Assembly (NCBI GenBank): GCA_023266055.1
Contig: JAHFRW010000003.1
Coordinates: forward strand, 202 to 64,201
DNA: 64,000 nucleotides
From: Gammaproteobacteria bacterium
Lineage (GTDB): Bacteria; Pseudomonadota; Gammaproteobacteria; Ga0077554; Ga007554
Direction of reading: 5' to 3'
A program made the translations under genes and the position numbers. Every line of letters starts with the position of its first letter. Position 1 is the stretch's first letter. Positions 61,181 through 64,000 of this stretch are shown here, one piece after another. Below the pieces are notes generated by a model. The model was not told the DNA's origin, made no database searches, and worked only from the letters and a program-made list of their open reading frames with translations.

Positions 61181-61831
61181 ATGAATATAGAACAAGCCCG
61201 TTTTAACATGATTGAGCAACAAATACGCACCTGGGAGGTGCTGGATCAACAGGTGCTGAATTTGATAGGCCAGATGCGCCGTGAGGCGTTTGTGCCGTCA
61301 CAATACCGGGATCTGGCTTTTGCCGATATCATGGTTCCCTTGGATCATGGCCAGGTGATGATGGAGCCGAAAATGGAAGCGCGTTTGTTGCAGGCCCTCA
61401 ACATTGCCTCTACCGATGTGATTCTGGAAATCGGTACCGGCAGTGGTTTTTTTACCGCGCTGCTGGCCAAGCTGGGCAAGCACGTCTATAGCGTTGATAT
61501 CATGCCGGATTTTACCGAAAGCGCGCAGCGTCGCCTGACCGAGCACGGCATTCGCAACGTCACACTGGAAACCGGCGATGCGGCCAATGGCTGGGATAAG
61601 CATGGCCCCTATGATGTTATTGCCATTACCGGCTCCCTGCCAACCATTCCCGAGGCTTTTGAACGTAGCTTGAGGCCGCACGGCCGCATGGTGGTCATCG
61701 CCGGCAAGGGCGCGGCCATGGAAGCGGTTCTGGTCATGCGCGATGGGCGCGAAGGGTGGGGGCGCGAGAGCCTGTTTGAAACCAGCATTCCGGCCTTGTT
61801 GCACCTTGATCAACCCCGGTTTGTATTTTGA
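61181..61831 (+). CDS. pcm: Protein-L-isoaspartate O-methyltransferase family
   Basis: ARFNMIEQQIRTW, LEIGTGSGF, PYDVI, SLFET. Confidence 0.93.
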   Translation: MNIEQARFNMIEQQIRTWEVLDQQVLNLIGQMRREAFVPSQYRDLAFADIMVPLDHGQVMMEPKMEARLLQALNIASTDVILEIGTGSGFFTALLAKLGKHVYSVDIMPDFTESAQRRLTEHGIRNVTLETGDAANGWDKHGPYDVIAITGSLPTIPEAFERSLRPHGRMVVIAGKGAAMEAVLVMRDGREGWGRESLFETSIPALLHLDQPRFVF

Positions 61832-61876
61832 TGCAAATTTTAATATTATTATTTTCTAATATATGTGGAGTGTGGC

Positions 61877-62197
61877 ATGCGTGAGATCAGCGCCCAACAA
61901 CTCAAGGAACACCTGCAGGCCAGCGTTTCATCCCCTTTATTGCTGGACGTGCGCGAGCCTTGGGAATACCAGATTTGCCACATTGAGGGCGCGCAGTTAA
62001 TGCCCATGTCGCAAATTCCCCAGACATACAAAACACTCGATCCACAACAGGAAATTGTCGTGATTTGCCATCATGGACGACGCAGCCTTCAGGTCGGTAA
62101 TTATCTTGAGCGTGCGGGATTTGCGCGCATCGTTAACCTGACGGGCGGTGTCGATGCCTGGGCGCGTGACGTTGACCCGTCAATGCCAACCTATTAA
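61877..62197 (+). CDS. Single-domain rhodanese
   Basis: LDVREPWE, ICHHGRRS, NLTGGVDAW. Confidence 0.93.
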   Translation: MREISAQQLKEHLQASVSSPLLLDVREPWEYQICHIEGAQLMPMSQIPQTYKTLDPQQEIVVICHHGRRSLQVGNYLERAGFARIVNLTGGVDAWARDVDPSMPTY

Positions 62198-62207
62198 AGG
62201 ATTAATC

Positions 62208-63566
62208 ATGAAGGCACACTCACTTGTTCTGGCCGTCACGGTGGCGATATCGTCAATGGCGGCGGGGGGAGGCGTTGCGCAGGCAGAAAACCTGCTCGAT
62301 GTATATCGTCTGGCCCTCGACAGCGACCCGCAGGTAAAGGCGGCTGAAGCTTCGTGGCAAGCCGTGCAGGAAACACGCCAGCAAAGCCGTGCCTTGTTTT
62401 ACCCGAAAATCAGCCTGGATGGAAATGCCACTCGCAACCGTCAGGAAGTGACCGGCTCTTCCAGCGCATTGTTTCCATCGGACAGCACATTTTACTTCAC
62501 CAATAAATCACTGGGCCTGAACTTGAACCAGCCGTTATATCATCACGACTACTATGTGCAATTGCGCCAGACCGACGCGCGCATTCGTCAGGCCGAGGCG
62601 GAATATCATGCCGCACAACAAGAATTGTTACTGCGGGTTTCAGAGCGTTATTTTGAAGTATTGGCAGAGACCGATACATTGGGGTTCGCGCAAGCTGAAA
62701 AACAGGCAATTGCAAGGCAACTGGAGCAGACGCGCCAGCGTTTTGATGTTGGCCTGGTAGCGATTACCGATGTGCATGAAGCACAAGCGCGCTTTGATCT
62801 GGCCAGCAGTCAGGAAATTGAAGCACAAACCCGTCTGGCCAGCAGCCGTGAAGCCTTGCGTGAAATTACTGCCATCTTGCCTGCAACACTCAGCGGACTG
62901 GCGGATACTGCCGTCCCACTGACATCGCCCGAGCCGCAGAATGTTGAAGCCTGGGTAGACGCCACGCGCAACCAGAACTTTCAGATTATCGCCGCGCAGG
63001 CCGCCACCGAAGTGGCATCACACAATATCGAAGCGCAGCGTGCCGGGCATTACCCGACGTTTGATGCCGTGTTGAGTCATGGCTATGGATCGTCGGGCGG
63101 TGCATTTGGCAACAGGGAAACACTCGACAGCGCCATTGGCCTGCAGTTAAGTGTGCCGTTGTACAGTGGTGGCGCCGTTAACTCACGAATGCGTGAAGCG
63201 CAGCATCGGCTGACGCAAAGCAAAGAAGTGCTGGAGCAGCAACAGCGCACGGCGGTGCGTCAAACCCGTGACAGCTATATGAACGTGCTCGCCAGCATCA
63301 GCCGCACCAGCGCCCTGCGACAAGCCACCGTCTCCAGTAAAAGCGCGCTGGATGCCACCCAGGCGGGCGCCGAAGTAGGCACGCGTACCACCGTAGACGT
63401 GCTGAATGCGCAGCGTGATGTATACCGCGCGCAACGTGACCTGTCACGCGCACGTTACGACTATGTGCTTAACATGGTGCGCCTGAAGCAGGCGGCAGGC
63501 ATGTTGTCGCTGGTGGATCTGGAACAGGTGAATGGGTGGTTACAGACTGCGCCATCCATTCCCTGA
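62208..63566 (+). CDS. tolC: TolC-family outer membrane channel
   Basis: Signal peptide, ENLLDVYRLA, RFDVGLVAITDV, VGTRTTVDVLNA. Confidence 0.95.
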   Translation: MKAHSLVLAVTVAISSMAAGGGVAQAENLLDVYRLALDSDPQVKAAEASWQAVQETRQQSRALFYPKISLDGNATRNRQEVTGSSSALFPSDSTFYFTNKSLGLNLNQPLYHHDYYVQLRQTDARIRQAEAEYHAAQQELLLRVSERYFEVLAETDTLGFAQAEKQAIARQLEQTRQRFDVGLVAITDVHEAQARFDLASSQEIEAQTRLASSREALREITAILPATLSGLADTAVPLTSPEPQNVEAWVDATRNQNFQIIAAQAATEVASHNIEAQRAGHYPTFDAVLSHGYGSSGGAFGNRETLDSAIGLQLSVPLYSGGAVNSRMREAQHRLTQSKEVLEQQQRTAVRQTRDSYMNVLASISRTSALRQATVSSKSALDATQAGAEVGTRTTVDVLNAQRDVYRAQRDLSRARYDYVLNMVRLKQAAGMLSLVDLEQVNGWLQTAPSIP

Positions 63567-63617
63567 CATTTGATTCGGCGCAACGTCACCCCTGTCGTTA
63601 CGGTATTCTGCATTCTC

Positions 63618-63650
63618 CATGTTTCAATCACCTGAAGTGATTGAAACATG
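63618..63650. terminator. Hairpin downstream of tolC
   Basis: 14-bp stem CATGTTTCAATCAC / GTGATTGAAACATG, without a U tract. Confidence 0.5.
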
Positions 63651-63778
63651 CCAGCACCGCCTTGGGCCGTGGAACCTCTGGCACATCAGGGATTTCTTGT
63701 GTATTGAAAATATTAAAGATGGTGTGTCATGCCAGTCATCAATCTTCGTAGCAGATTAATATTTCCCGGAGCGTCCTT

Positions 63779-64000
63779 TTGTTTAAACTGATTGGTGTCA
63801 TTGCAGGTTATTACTTTCTCGGATTCTTCGGCGGACTTCTTGGTCTCTTGGTGGGTGCGTTTTTTGATCGTGTGCGGGCGTATGGTTCGGGTGCAGTGAA
63901 TCCGCTGCGGAACGCGATTCGTAAAACCGTTTTCCTTGAAACGGTTTTTATTTCGATGGGCAAGCTTGCCAAAGCCGACTCGCATGTCTCTCAGGATGAA
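63779..64000 (+). CDS. djlA: Co-chaperone DjlA, 5' part (truncated by window; absent from the ORF track)
   Basis: TTG start after GGAG; translates MFKLIGVIAGYYFLGFFGGLLGLLVGAFFDR...FISMGKLAKADSHVSQDE (TM plus start of a TerB-like domain). Confidence 0.85.
   Translation, partial: MFKLIGVIAGYYFLGFFGGLLGLLVGAFFDRVRAYGSGAVNPLRNAIRKTVFLETVFISMGKLAKADSHVSQDE

Noticed and set aside
60922-61230. 102-aa ORF upstream of the TPP riboswitch
   Set aside because: Overlaps the pcm start on the opposite strand and has atypical composition; probably promoter DNA
63713-63985. 90-aa minus-strand ORF in the track
   Set aside because: It is the shadow of the + strand djlA reading frame, which has an RBS and recognisable motifs

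Overview
Mostly housekeeping chromosome of a Gram-negative bacterium, probably a gammaproteobacterium (judged from gene order such as gshB-tonB-yqgE-yqgF-pyrR-pyrB-pyrC', miaA-hfq-hflXKC and maf-rng-yhdP-tldD). It holds a SufU-type suf operon, lptE-holA, proA-nadD-rsfS-rlmH, an L,D-transpeptidase/Lpp-like lipoprotein module, birA-coaX, two tRNAs (Thr-TGT, Ser-TGA), a MacAB-like exporter, cysQ-nudE, thiC with a TPP riboswitch, pcm-rhodanese-tolC and the start of djlA. No CRISPR array, integrase or transposase gene is visible. Two things stand out. (1) A family of short structured repeats (51-bp and 45-bp units built from covarying hairpins with GGA loops, resembling CsrA/RsmA binding sites) is inserted in frame into several genes: hflX, cysQ (several units), gshA, the MacB-type ATPase and probably rsfS and rng. 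(2) An AT-richer orphan gene downstream of tRNA-Thr looks like a bacterial homologue of the eukaryotic N-terminal asparagine amidohydrolase NTAN1. Several MITE/REP-like families, a frameshifted conserved gene and an apbE-NusG_II-Gx trio are also noted. All family assignments come from motif recognition by eye; no database searches were run.
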